DNA of 64,000 bases from a virus (lineage: Duplodnaviria; Caudoviricetes), in the IMG/VR virus record IMGVR_UViG_3300020577_006243, positions 14,971 to 78,970 of that record; one strand, 5' to 3'. The notes beneath the pieces were generated by a model. The model was not told the DNA's origin, searched no databases, and saw only the letters and a list, made by a program, of their open reading frames with translations. Below, piece by piece: positions 22,115-30,475 of the stretch. Made by a program: the position numbers and the translations under genes. Within the stretch, counting starts at the first letter, position 1, and every line of letters starts with the position of its first letter.

Positions 22115-22483
22115 TTAACTTTCACAATGTCTGTGTTTATGCTTTTCAAACTTTTGTTTCCAATTGTGATGTTTTTTACATTTACCTTTGCTATCCCAAC
22201 CGTCTTCAGTATCGTCATCATCTTCATTATATCCGTCGTTATCATCTTCATCATCCACGACACCTGTTCCTGTTCCTGTTCCTGTTCCTGTTCCTGTTCC
22301 TGTTGTGCTTGTTGAACTCGGATTGTTGTTATCTCCGCTGTTTGACGGGGCAGCATTTGGATTATTTGTTTGAGCCAATAATGGTAATAATAATAGTGCA
22401 ATATTTTTTTTCTTATGATGAGTGCAATTCATTAAATTTAATGTTAATAACATTATAAGTGCTGTTAGTACAATTTTCTTCAT
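22115..22483 (-). CDS. Putative lipoprotein with spirochaete-type lipobox and low-complexity body
   Basis: AGGAGG RBS; MKK-hydrophobic-LNLMNC; second hydrophobic stretch IALLLLPLLA; (TG)7, acidic tract, His/Lys-rich tail. Confidence 0.6.
   Translation of the reverse strand: MKKIVLTALIMLLTLNLMNCTHHKKKNIALLLLPLLAQTNNPNAAPSNSGDNNNPSSTSTTGTGTGTGTGTGTGVVDDEDDNDGYNEDDDDTEDGWDSKGKCKKHHNWKQKFEKHKHRHCES
22263..22304. repeat. Perfect hexamer tandem repeat (CCTGTT)7
   Basis: Seven identical copies, encoding (Thr-Gly)7 on the - strand. Confidence 0.95.
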
Positions 22484-22517
22484 TTTTTTATTCGTTTTCC
22501 CTCCTTGAATGTATCTC

Positions 22518-22943
22518 TTACCATACCTTGCTTAAAATTTCATCAATATTTACATAATAATACCAACTAAGTATAGCAAATAAAAACCAAAAAGGCAAGT
22601 AAAGCAAGTTAACTCTATGGTTTATGTGCAATGCAAAATATTTTCTCAATAATCTGATTTTATGAGTATAATGCCAAGGCTTTATTTTAAAAGTGTCAAA
22701 AATAAAGCCCCACGCGTATTCTGAAATGTAGATTAGTAGTGTTATTATTGAGTATCTAACTATAGCGTGTTGTTCTCTAATTAGATTGCCAAATAATGAT
22801 GTCATTAAGAGATAACTGGAGGCGTAAACTGGAAACATCAAAAGAGATACTTCCCCTTTAAATTTTTTTCTAAAGTTGTAAAAGCCAGTGAAGACTGTTT
22901 CAATCATTAATCCGAGCAACCCATATATTACTGCGGCGATCAT
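22518..22943 (-). CDS. Multi-pass membrane protein resembling the 'putative ABC transporter permease' (CmpB/DUF1113) family
   Basis: YGLLGLMIETVF...SLLMFPVYA...EYAWG...PWHY...LYLPFW pattern. Confidence 0.6.
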   Translation of the reverse strand: MIAAVIYGLLGLMIETVFTGFYNFRKKFKGEVSLLMFPVYASSYLLMTSLFGNLIREQHAIVRYSIITLLIYISEYAWGFIFDTFKIKPWHYTHKIRLLRKYFALHINHRVNLLYLPFWFLFAILSWYYYVNIDEILSKVW

Positions 22944-23010
22944 ATAAGCATATCTTTTAAATTTTATGGTGTAAAAAAAATTTTGTCATTTTTATTAAAA
23001 AGATAGTCTA

Positions 23011-23289
23011 GTGAAAGGAGATCACATTTTTTTGTTTATAAATGAATTTATTATGAATAGTAGTTCTGCTAAAAGATTACAAGAATATTTAGACAACAAA
23101 ACAGTTGAAGAATTTTATAGGGATTTGAACAATAACAATGAAACAAATAAATTCGTTAGAGAGTATTTGTGTAGAAGGATAGGAACTTCAGTGAGCATAC
23201 AAGAGTCAATCGAATTATTTACGTTACTAAATGACATAAATAATGAAAATAAAAGAAAAGATGAAAGTAAAAAAGATAGAATGGGTTGA
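23011..23289 (+). CDS. Hypothetical protein (start may be ATG 23053)
   Basis: ORF at the head of a run of + strand genes. Confidence 0.4.
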   Translation: MKGDHIFLFINEFIMNSSSAKRLQEYLDNKTVEEFYRDLNNNNETNKFVREYLCRRIGTSVSIQESIELFTLLNDINNENKRKDESKKDRMG

Positions 23290-23521
23290 TAAATCCTCCG
23301 ACATGGAAAAATGGATTGGGGTTCAATATTTATCTGGAAAGGTAAATGGGAAAGAGATATTTGAAGTTGTATTTGATGGCGGAAAATCTGAAAATTACAA
23401 ATTATACTTTTTGTCGCAAAAAGACCTAATTCTTGAGTCAAATGATATAGATGAAATTTTTCAAGTTGCAGAGACTTTTTTCTTAAAATGGATGAATAAT
23501 GTTATTATAGAAACTGACTAA
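23243..23521 (+). CDS. Hypothetical protein
   Basis: ORF with globular composition; start may be 23261. Confidence 0.5.
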   Translation: MKIKEKMKVKKIEWVDKSSDMEKWIGVQYLSGKVNGKEIFEVVFDGGKSENYKLYFLSQKDLILESNDIDEIFQVAETFFLKWMNNVIIETD

Positions 23522-23543
23522 ATTTTAATTTGCTTTCAAAGCC

Positions 23544-24290
23544 ATGATATGTTACCATATATGTATGGAAGACCTCCTGCTAAGATCAGCTATAATCATA
23601 ACACCAGAGACTATGAGAAACACTATCTTCACAAAAGAAGATAGGGATTTAATATTTCTTCATAAGAAACACATTATAAAAAACCTTTACAAAAAATCGC
23701 CATTATTCAAACATACAATAGAAAACTTTGACAAGGTTGAGCAATACTATTTTATAGTTCAAAATATTTATAGAGACTATGACAGAAAGTTTGAGATACA
23801 GATGGGCGTGTCAATCTATTTGGAAGATTACCAGTATTTGTTAAATTTAATGACTGAATTTGCTAACAAGCAGTCTGAAGACGATGGATCAAACGATGTA
23901 GAGATTGAATATAATTATGATGGCGTGTTCGGTTCTTCGGAAAGAAAAAGGATACCATTTGATGTAGGAAAATTGTCATATGTAGTAGACAAATTTTCAA
24001 TTAACATTGAATGGTTTAATATGTCAGAAGATGCAAAGTTAGATGCTTTCTATAGATTTAATAATAATGACGATAATGATAAATACAATTTTAACTTCAA
24101 TGACAGAAATACATTCAGTATAGTTCTAAAAAACTATGAGAAGGATGTGTTGACACCAGCAGATAGAAAAAAGATAAACATTCCTTTAAATAAAGGCAAT
24201 GGTGGCAGAATGTTTAAACACTATAAAAAATCATTTATAAAAAACGATCCTGCATTCTACGATAAATACAAGTTAATAATGGACGAATGA
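23544..24290 (+). CDS. Hypothetical protein with the C-terminal KY(K/R)LL-family motif
   Basis: Ends KNDPAFYDKYKLIMDE. Confidence 0.6.
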   Translation: MICYHICMEDLLLRSAIIITPETMRNTIFTKEDRDLIFLHKKHIIKNLYKKSPLFKHTIENFDKVEQYYFIVQNIYRDYDRKFEIQMGVSIYLEDYQYLLNLMTEFANKQSEDDGSNDVEIEYNYDGVFGSSERKRIPFDVGKLSYVVDKFSINIEWFNMSEDAKLDAFYRFNNNDDNDKYNFNFNDRNTFSIVLKNYEKDVLTPADRKKINIPLNKGNGGRMFKHYKKSFIKNDPAFYDKYKLIMDE

Positions 24291-24400
24291 AAGAGAAAAT
24301 AGCACTCGGGATTGTTATAATCATAATACTTATTGGGCTTGGATACTCAGCTTACGAAAATATTTACACAGCCAATAGCTTTTTTAGAACAATAAAATAA
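24287..24400 (+). CDS. Small membrane protein (37 aa), not in the ORF track
   Basis: MKEKIALGIVIIIILIGLGYSAYENIYTANSFFRTIK; ATGA overlap. Confidence 0.55.
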   Translation: MKEKIALGIVIIIILIGLGYSAYENIYTANSFFRTIK

Positions 24401-24423
24401 CAGCATTCTTAAAGTTACTGCAT

Positions 24424-25410
24424 ATGAGTAATGCAGAAGAACAATTAGAACAAGAGATTACTGGCGAAAAACCAAGAGTTGTTCCTAATCAATCTAAAGG
24501 GCTATCATTATTAGCCGAACCAGCACCTATCCCACTTATTTTACCATCTAAAGGTATTCTATACAAAAATGATCCAAAGGTTGGAGAAGTGGATAAAGAT
24601 GGACAAATTTTTATTCGTCCAATTACATTGGATGATCTTGAATTATTTGTTAACCCTGAACTAATTGAAACTGGCACAGTAATTGACGCTCTTTTCAATA
24701 GAATTATCAAGTCAAAAATAAACCCGAAATATCTGTTAGTTTCCGACAGAAATTACATCCTGCTTTACGCTAGAGCGCAGTCTTATGGGCCAGAATATTC
24801 ATTTTCTTTTAAATGTAAGGCTTGCGATAAATCAATCAAAAAAATGATTGATCTTGGCGATCTCACCGTTAGATACCTTGATGAAATTCATGGGCAGGTA
24901 AACGAGAGAGGAGATTTAATTCCAGATAGTGTTAAGAAAATTAAGGAACCTTTCGTAGCAAACCTCTCAATGTCTGGTGCAAAAGTTACATTTAATCTTG
25001 CAAGAGGTATTGACGAAAGTGAAGCCAATACTAATAAATACAGGAATAGAGTTAAAAAAGAAGTAGAAAAGAAAAAACAAGTTCTGTCAAATGTTCCAGA
25101 CGAAACAACTGTTACGATGGAAGAACAACCAGATAGTCTTATTGATGTTCTTTCAAGAAACATTATTAAAATTGAAAGTGCAGATAGTTCTGAAACATTC
25201 ACAGATGAAAAAGATATCAGACTTGTACTTTCAAAACTTAAGGCAGGTGATATTTCTGAACTTCAAGAACAAATGAGAAGTGCGGACAGTGGTGTTGATA
25301 TGAACACAGAGGTAGTTTGCCCAAGTTGCAAGCACAGGAATGAAGTTTCAGTCCCACTGAACGAAAACTTCTTCAGGAGGGAGGTTAGGCAACGAAGCAC
25401 GCAAAAATAA
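24424..25410 (+). CDS. T4 gp26-like baseplate hub / tail assembly protein
   Basis: ILPSKGILY...IRPITLDD...DRNYILLYARAQSYG, CKAC and CPSC zinc pairs, ends PLNENFF; AAAGTTA motif 6 nt upstream. Confidence 0.7.
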   Translation: MSNAEEQLEQEITGEKPRVVPNQSKGLSLLAEPAPIPLILPSKGILYKNDPKVGEVDKDGQIFIRPITLDDLELFVNPELIETGTVIDALFNRIIKSKINPKYLLVSDRNYILLYARAQSYGPEYSFSFKCKACDKSIKKMIDLGDLTVRYLDEIHGQVNERGDLIPDSVKKIKEPFVANLSMSGAKVTFNLARGIDESEANTNKYRNRVKKEVEKKKQVLSNVPDETTVTMEEQPDSLIDVLSRNIIKIESADSSETFTDEKDIRLVLSKLKAGDISELQEQMRSADSGVDMNTEVVCPSCKHRNEVSVPLNENFFRREVRQRSTQK

Positions 25411-25600
25411 TTATCGTGCTATCAATGAGGAACGAAAAAATTTAATTCGTTCTGCATTTGATCTAGCCTATGCCACTAGAGTTTTTTCATATAAGGAAGT
25501 TCGTATGTTAACTCCATTTGAACTTCGTGTTATAGCGGAAAGATATACTGAAATCATTGAAGAAAGAAACAGAGAATATGAGAAGATAAGCAAAAAATAG
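25361..25600 (+). CDS. gp51-like segment without its own start codon; probable +1 frameshift extension of 24424..25410
   Basis: Open +1 frame encodes ...AFDLAYATRVFSYKEVRMLTPFELRVIAERYTEIIEERNREYEK; no ATG/GTG/TTG before an internal Met; TTC TTC AGG AGG GAG at 25369-25383. Confidence 0.55.
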   Translation, partial: TKTSSGGRLGNEARKNNYRAINEERKNLIRSAFDLAYATRVFSYKEVRMLTPFELRVIAERYTEIIEERNREYEKISKK

Positions 25601-25609
25601 CAACTTCAG

Positions 25610-25638
25610 TTGACAATGTAACGCAATTTTATTATACT
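25610..25638 (+). promoter_or_regulatory. Near-consensus sigma70 promoter TTGACA-17-TATACT for the sigma-factor operon
   Basis: Consensus -35 and spacing; the -10 box is enclosed by a 14-bp perfect inverted repeat (25619-25632 and 25641-25654). Confidence 0.75.
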
Positions 25639-25646
25639 ATATAAAA

Positions 25647-26027
25647 TTGCGTTATCTATTTTCAGTAGAAACAAAAATTCTGGAAATGTGCGTGTTCCAG
25701 AATTTTGTGTTTTATAACAAGGAATGGTTTGATGAGCAGTATAAGATAAGTCTTATACGAAAATGGATAATTAACGAATGTAAATTGAATTTAAAATTGA
25801 TTGGCAGTGAAATAAGTCACTATACTGTAATAATTAAATACGATCTGTCTGACGAAAATGAAAATGTAAATAAATTTGATGGTAAATTCTATTATTACTA
25901 TAGAAAACCTAAATTTAAAGGATGTTTAAATTGTGTATCGTTCAATAGACTGAATAGATTTTGCTCCTGGAAGGACAGGATGCTGATACAGCCTATCCGA
26001 TATTGCGATGGTTTTTTGGAAAAATGA
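25647..26027 (+). CDS. Hypothetical protein with C-terminal Cys cluster
   Basis: CLNC...C...C; ATGA overlap with the sigma gene; start uncertain. Confidence 0.5.
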   Translation: MRYLFSVETKILEMCVFQNFVFYNKEWFDEQYKISLIRKWIINECKLNLKLIGSEISHYTVIIKYDLSDENENVNKFDGKFYYYYRKPKFKGCLNCVSFNRLNRFCSWKDRMLIQPIRYCDGFLEK

Positions 26028-27130
26028 CAGTATCTATTATGGGTGAAATATTATTAGAAACAGCAACTGAAGAAACAAAATTAACATCTGAGCAGGAAGA
26101 AGAATTTGCTTTCTTGAAGAAATATCACAAAAAAATTCTTGAATTTGCTCAAAGCGAAACAATAAACGCAAAACTAGCGTTTATAGAAGAAAATTCTGAC
26201 CCTCAATTCAGATCAGACTTTATAAATGTGTACGAAGAGTATTACAGGTATCTTAAAATAACTTCAAATAAAGAAAAACTCATAAATACTATGAATTCTT
26301 TTTTTGAAAGTGTAGATATTTTTAAATCAATAATGAAAACGGAAGATGATCTGATATTCTTTCAAGATAAAATACTCACATTTAAAGAATATGAAAAATT
26401 GCATAAAAGAGTTTATAAAATAAACAAGAAATTGTTTAAGAAATATCAGTATAGAATAAGAGAGAGTTACTATGATAACTACATGGTGAATAGTTTTATA
26501 AAATTGTATAATGCGACTAAACATCCTACGATTATAGCTCTATTGTCAGTTCAGGTTGACGCAATTATAATAAGACAGATTAATCGTCTTAAATTCCATC
26601 GTTTTAATACTCCTATGGAAGATTTAATACAGGATTTGAGAGCCGCTTGTATATCAGCGATAGAAAAATTTGATCCATCAAAAGGAAAACCTGGACGTGA
26701 GAGTTTTAATTATTTTTCACATATATGTAAGAAAGCCGGTTATATGACAACCGTGAAGCAGAGCGATAGATTAAAATGGGAAACGTCTGAGAGTGATATT
26801 TTTACAGAGGATGGCTCTTTCTATGAAACAATAGAAAGCAAAACTAACTACAAAGATTATTACGAAGATATGTTATTAAACGAACATAGAGATGCTATAT
26901 CCAATTTCTATAATTACTATTACGTCCTTTTTAAAGGCAAGGAGCGTTTTCAGTTATTATTGCAAATTCTCATCCATTATGTATTGATTACAAAGAATTT
27001 GAATTTCAAAAAGAATTTATTTGTTAAATACGCAAAATCACATGGCTTCACGGGTGCATTTGTTAATAAATTTTTAAGCGTTATTAAGACATACAAAAAA
27101 GAGTTTATCTCATACGACAAAGACAAATAA
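26024..27130 (+). CDS. Phage-encoded RNA polymerase sigma factor (gp55-like, region 2)
   Basis: EDLIQDLRAACISAIEKFDPSKGK...FNYFSHICK matches sigma region 2; start at ATG 26024 by overlap. Confidence 0.7.
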   Translation: MTVSIMGEILLETATEETKLTSEQEEEFAFLKKYHKKILEFAQSETINAKLAFIEENSDPQFRSDFINVYEEYYRYLKITSNKEKLINTMNSFFESVDIFKSIMKTEDDLIFFQDKILTFKEYEKLHKRVYKINKKLFKKYQYRIRESYYDNYMVNSFIKLYNATKHPTIIALLSVQVDAIIIRQINRLKFHRFNTPMEDLIQDLRAACISAIEKFDPSKGKPGRESFNYFSHICKKAGYMTTVKQSDRLKWETSESDIFTEDGSFYETIESKTNYKDYYEDMLLNEHRDAISNFYNYYYVLFKGKERFQLLLQILIHYVLITKNLNFKKNLFVKYAKSHGFTGAFVNKFLSVIKTYKKEFISYDKDK

Positions 27131-27137
27131 GCAAAAA

Positions 27138-27164
27138 AAAAGGGTAGCGCAATGCTACCCTTTT
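27138..27164. terminator. Bidirectional intrinsic terminator
   Basis: AAAAGGGTAGC-gcaat-GCTACCCTTTT between convergent genes. Confidence 0.85.
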
Positions 27165-27643
27165 ACTAGTTGTTTAATGTCCATTTCTTTTTCAAACTTT
27201 TCTAAAAGTTTGTTACAATCCCTTTCATGGTTTTGAAATTGATACCGGAGAATGCTCCTCCAAATTCTATTGAACGGCGTCTCTCCAGTTTGAAATCTAC
27301 TATATCTTTTGTCATAGTTGATTTTACCCTGAATACCATTCAGGTCTGTTGACTTAAAGCGAATTAATTTCGCTTTAGCAACATTGTCTTTGTATTCACC
27401 CCAAACAATATCAAACGCATATTTGAAAAGCTGTTTTACGTCATCAGTGATTGCGTTTTCATCAATCAGGTCTTGCTGGCTTACACCAGCAAGTTTAAGA
27501 ATTGTTTCGTAATTTGCTTTTAAAGTGCCTTTGAGTTGCCATTTGGTCTTGCCGTTTTTAAGAACGTATTTGTTACCTTCTTTGCCAAGAACAAACTTTG
27601 TTGAGGCGATAAGTTCGTTTATCTGTTTTACAGTTATCTTCAT
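27155..27643 (-). CDS. Hypothetical early protein
   Basis: Own promoter, AAGGA RBS and terminator. Confidence 0.65.
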   Translation of the reverse strand: MKITVKQINELIASTKFVLGKEGNKYVLKNGKTKWQLKGTLKANYETILKLAGVSQQDLIDENAITDDVKQLFKYAFDIVWGEYKDNVAKAKLIRFKSTDLNGIQGKINYDKRYSRFQTGETPFNRIWRSILRYQFQNHERDCNKLLEKFEKEMDIKQLVKG

Positions 27644-27670
27644 AAACCTATCCTTTTATTAGTATATTAC

Positions 27671-27698
27671 ATTATACCATAATTGCAGAATTTTGCAA
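27671..27698 (-). promoter_or_regulatory. Sigma70 promoter TTGCAA-16-TATAAT with extended TGn -10
   Basis: Read directly from the sequence; upstream of 27643. Confidence 0.65.
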
Positions 27699-27714
27699 GT
27701 CTTTTTTAAATGGT

Positions 27715-27740
27715 AAAACCCCTGAAAATTCAGGGGTTTT
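27715..27740. terminator. Intrinsic terminator
   Basis: AAAACCCCTGAA-aa-TTCAGGGGTTTT just after the stop of 27749..27967. Confidence 0.8.
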
Positions 27741-27748
27741 GCATTTTC

Positions 27749-27967
27749 TTATTCTTCATTGTTGTCGTCATTACCAAGATTTTGCTCAAGCAAATCAATA
27801 TAATCAGTGATAAGACTTACAATATATTCTTCTAAAGTCATCTTGGCTTCTTTAGCATGTGCTGAAAGCGATTTGAATTCTTTTTCACCAAGAGTAACTT
27901 CAATTCTATTGTCGTCAAGTTCTTTTACTGAAACGCCGTCAAATTCTTGTTCTTGTACTTTTTCCAT
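27749..27967 (-). CDS. Small protein, possible ribbon-helix-helix DNA-binding domain
   Basis: IEVTLGEKEFKSLSAHAKEAKMTLEEYIVSLITDYI; start moved to ATG 27967, 6 nt after TATAAT. Confidence 0.5.
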   Translation of the reverse strand: MEKVQEQEFDGVSVKELDDNRIEVTLGEKEFKSLSAHAKEAKMTLEEYIVSLITDYIDLLEQNLGNDDNNEE

Positions 27968-27973
27968 AATAAT

Positions 27974-28002
27974 ATTATATATCATATGAAAAGAAAAAGC
28001 AA
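27974..28002 (-). promoter_or_regulatory. Sigma70 promoter TTGCTT-17-TATAAT, leaderless geometry
   Basis: ATG lies 6 nt after the -10 box. Confidence 0.65.
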
Positions 28003-28009
28003 GTATATT

Positions 28010-29104
28010 TTAGAATGTTGCAGAAAATCCTATTGTGACTGCGTAATTTTTAGGTGTGTGTTTCCCGTAAGTTGAAACTCCCTGTAATGTAAATCCAGAG
28101 ATACTTAACCCAGCAATAAGATATTTTTGCATGTATGCATCTTCATAATAATTCTGTCTCATCTTAACTATTATATTTGTTGGTTCATTTGCAACTACAT
28201 ATGTCCCATTTCTATAAAAAGACATAAAAACTCCCCCGTTACTTGCAGATGCTCCAGCGCCACCATACAATGTTATAAAATCTAAAACTTTAATTCCTGT
28301 TCTTGCATCTATGTATTTTGTTTCTATATCAGACCTATAATTTACTACATTGGTACCACTCCACTCGTATTTCAATTCGTCTACCTGAAGTCCTAATTTC
28401 ATGTCCTTTAATTTCTTAGCAAAGTCTATTCTTGTTAGCTGATAGCCAACACCAACAGAAACGCCTGGAAGTTTTAAAAAATCAAAGAACATTCTTCTTT
28501 CTTGAAACACTTGATATCTTATTGCGTAACCACGATTTCCGATCTGCCTTCTATTCTCGTAGTATGTGTCAAAATCATTATACTTTATACTGTCTGTTTT
28601 ACCAACGCCATTAACATAAATTTCAAGTCTTGATAGTATAGGCATTTCAAAATTGTAATCACACTTAGTGAAGTTAAAATCACAATAAAAAACATCCATA
28701 TACATAGAATACCAGAAGGTAACTAACCATCCGACATTGACACCTGCATAATAATTGTAATTGACAGCAACTCCAAATTCATTCATCTTTTTGTATTGGT
28801 TTTGCGCTGGGTTATATATACCTATTTGATGAGTTTCTGTAGCGGCCAGAGTTCCAGAAATGCCGAAAGTAAATTTATTTAATGTTATTGGATATGGTAT
28901 GGTGGCAACTTGTGTTGTAGCTTGTGCCCTGAATATGTCTCTAGCTAATAGAGGCAAATAATCGCGTTCAAAACTGTTTAAAAATCCACTATACTTTCTA
29001 TCAAAAGCAATGCAATCTTTACCAACACATTCATATTCTGAAAATACTGGTGTAAATGGTAAAATTAAAAGTAAAGAAAAAAGTACTTTGCCGAGCCATC
29101 TCAT
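28010..29104 (-). CDS. Outer-membrane beta-barrel-like protein resembling the Leptospira Lsa36 family
   Basis: Signal peptide, ECVGKDC, NKFTFG, VNVGWL, WSGTNVVNY...DARTG...TLYGGAGAS, C-terminal Phe (IGFSATF); family resemblance recalled from memory; TAAGTTA 6 nt before the ATG. Confidence 0.6.
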   Translation of the reverse strand: MRWLGKVLFSLLLILPFTPVFSEYECVGKDCIAFDRKYSGFLNSFERDYLPLLARDIFRAQATTQVATIPYPITLNKFTFGISGTLAATETHQIGIYNPAQNQYKKMNEFGVAVNYNYYAGVNVGWLVTFWYSMYMDVFYCDFNFTKCDYNFEMPILSRLEIYVNGVGKTDSIKYNDFDTYYENRRQIGNRGYAIRYQVFQERRMFFDFLKLPGVSVGVGYQLTRIDFAKKLKDMKLGLQVDELKYEWSGTNVVNYRSDIETKYIDARTGIKVLDFITLYGGAGASASNGGVFMSFYRNGTYVVANEPTNIIVKMRQNYYEDAYMQKYLIAGLSISGFTLQGVSTYGKHTPKNYAVTIGFSATF

Positions 29105-29138
29105 CAAGGATAACTTAACGAGAAAAAACGCTAAAAAA

Positions 29139-29693
29139 TCAATCGGTAATTTTTTCTGTTTCTACAATATCAGTCAATAGCACTTTTTCTTTTAAAAAAA
29201 CAACAACTTTATATGTATAATTTTCAATACCTTCTATATGCTGAGAGTCTTCTCTTAACTTGAATGTTTCAACATTATCATTTGTTTTGTAGTTATCTAC
29301 AAGCCATTGACTAAGTTCTTTCATAATATAATTGAGATTCCACTTTCTTTCAAGTTTATGTAATGCGGATTTAAAAGCCTCTGAAAGAGTGTTGCCTGAA
29401 CCAATCTGGAATGCGTCATATTCTGGTATTTTTTGAAAATCCTCACTATCAGTTATCCCTAAATCTATAACGTAAAATTCTTCTGGAATCAACAAGTCTT
29501 CTTGTTCAACTAAAGAAAGTGGATGGTCTATCGTTTTGCCAACAAATCTTCCTGTATCTTTGAACCATATTGCTTTTTTGTCTCTGCCATCCGCAGCTCT
29601 TTTGATAATGCCATGAACGAACATATCGTCAGTATATTCAATTATTATTCTTTTTTTACTTTTTGTAGTATACCTTTTTTCAGTATTTATCAT
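29139..29693 (-). CDS. Hypothetical protein
   Basis: ORF in an operon with ATGA overlap. Confidence 0.55.
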   Translation of the reverse strand: MINTEKRYTTKSKKRIIIEYTDDMFVHGIIKRAADGRDKKAIWFKDTGRFVGKTIDHPLSLVEQEDLLIPEEFYVIDLGITDSEDFQKIPEYDAFQIGSGNTLSEAFKSALHKLERKWNLNYIMKELSQWLVDNYKTNDNVETFKLREDSQHIEGIENYTYKVVVFLKEKVLLTDIVETEKITD

Positions 29694-30475
29694 TTAAATT
29701 CCCTCACTATTGATTGGATTATTTCTTTGATAGGTGTATGTGCTTTCCATTTCAATTCTTTTAACATAAAACTTCCATCTAAAAGATTATGTCGCATAGT
29801 TGTGCTATTGTTATATCTTCTTATTTGGTTTTCAGTTACAATATCATAAATATCTTCATAAGAATATTTTTCTAGTGATGTGATATTATACTTCTTACCA
29901 ACAAACGAAGAACTTGACACAACGGATATTGCCTGTACAACATCTTCTATATAAATAAAATTGTATTTTGTATCGTCTATTACTCTTGTCGCACTTGATT
30001 TAACTATTGTAATCATTTGCTCTATTTTTTCTCTAGATATGATTTCACATATTCTTAAAACTATCAAAGGGAATTTATCACTAAATCTTCTATATTGAAA
30101 AATCAATTCATTTTCTATTAGGGCAGTGTCACTACTGTTAATATCAAACGGTTTGTATGGTGAATTTTCAACAAATAAATCAGCAGCGTTCCCAAGACCG
30201 TAAACTTTTCCACTTGATAAAAGGATAACTCTTGTAAACTTTTTTTCTTTGATTATTGTTTCAGTCATCGCTCTAATGTAATCAATAGATACTCCAATAG
30301 AAAAATTATTTGCATCTGGTATTATTAACGCTGTATGCGTCTCTTCCAAAATATCAATGTTTTGTGATATTTCCCATATTTGAATATCATGCGTTTTTGA
30401 ATATTGGTTGTACATCTGTTTGAAAAGCAGGCTGTCTCTATTCAAGCAGATTAATGTTATTTTGTTTTTATGCAT
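29690..30475 (-). CDS. Degenerate NAD-dependent epimerase/dehydratase (extended SDR)-like protein
   Basis: VILLSSGKVYG, LIVLR, FIYIEDVVQAI, KYNITS, ELKWKA; GxxGxxG and YxxxK are absent. Confidence 0.55.
   Translation of the reverse strand: MHKNKITLICLNRDSLLFKQMYNQYSKTHDIQIWEISQNIDILEETHTALIIPDANNFSIGVSIDYIRAMTETIIKEKKFTRVILLSSGKVYGLGNAADLFVENSPYKPFDINSSDTALIENELIFQYRRFSDKFPLIVLRICEIISREKIEQMITIVKSSATRVIDDTKYNFIYIEDVVQAISVVSSSSFVGKKYNITSLEKYSYEDIYDIVTENQIRRYNNSTTMRHNLLDGSFMLKELKWKAHTPIKEIIQSIVREFK

Noticed and set aside
22111-22401. (QE)n ORF and + strand (SC)n/(PV)n ORFs over the hexamer repeat
   Set aside because: Only the 22115..22483 frame has an RBS, signal peptide and lipobox.
25961-26023. 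Upstream start of the sigma factor
   Set aside because: It overlaps the previous gene; the ATGA junction supports 26024.
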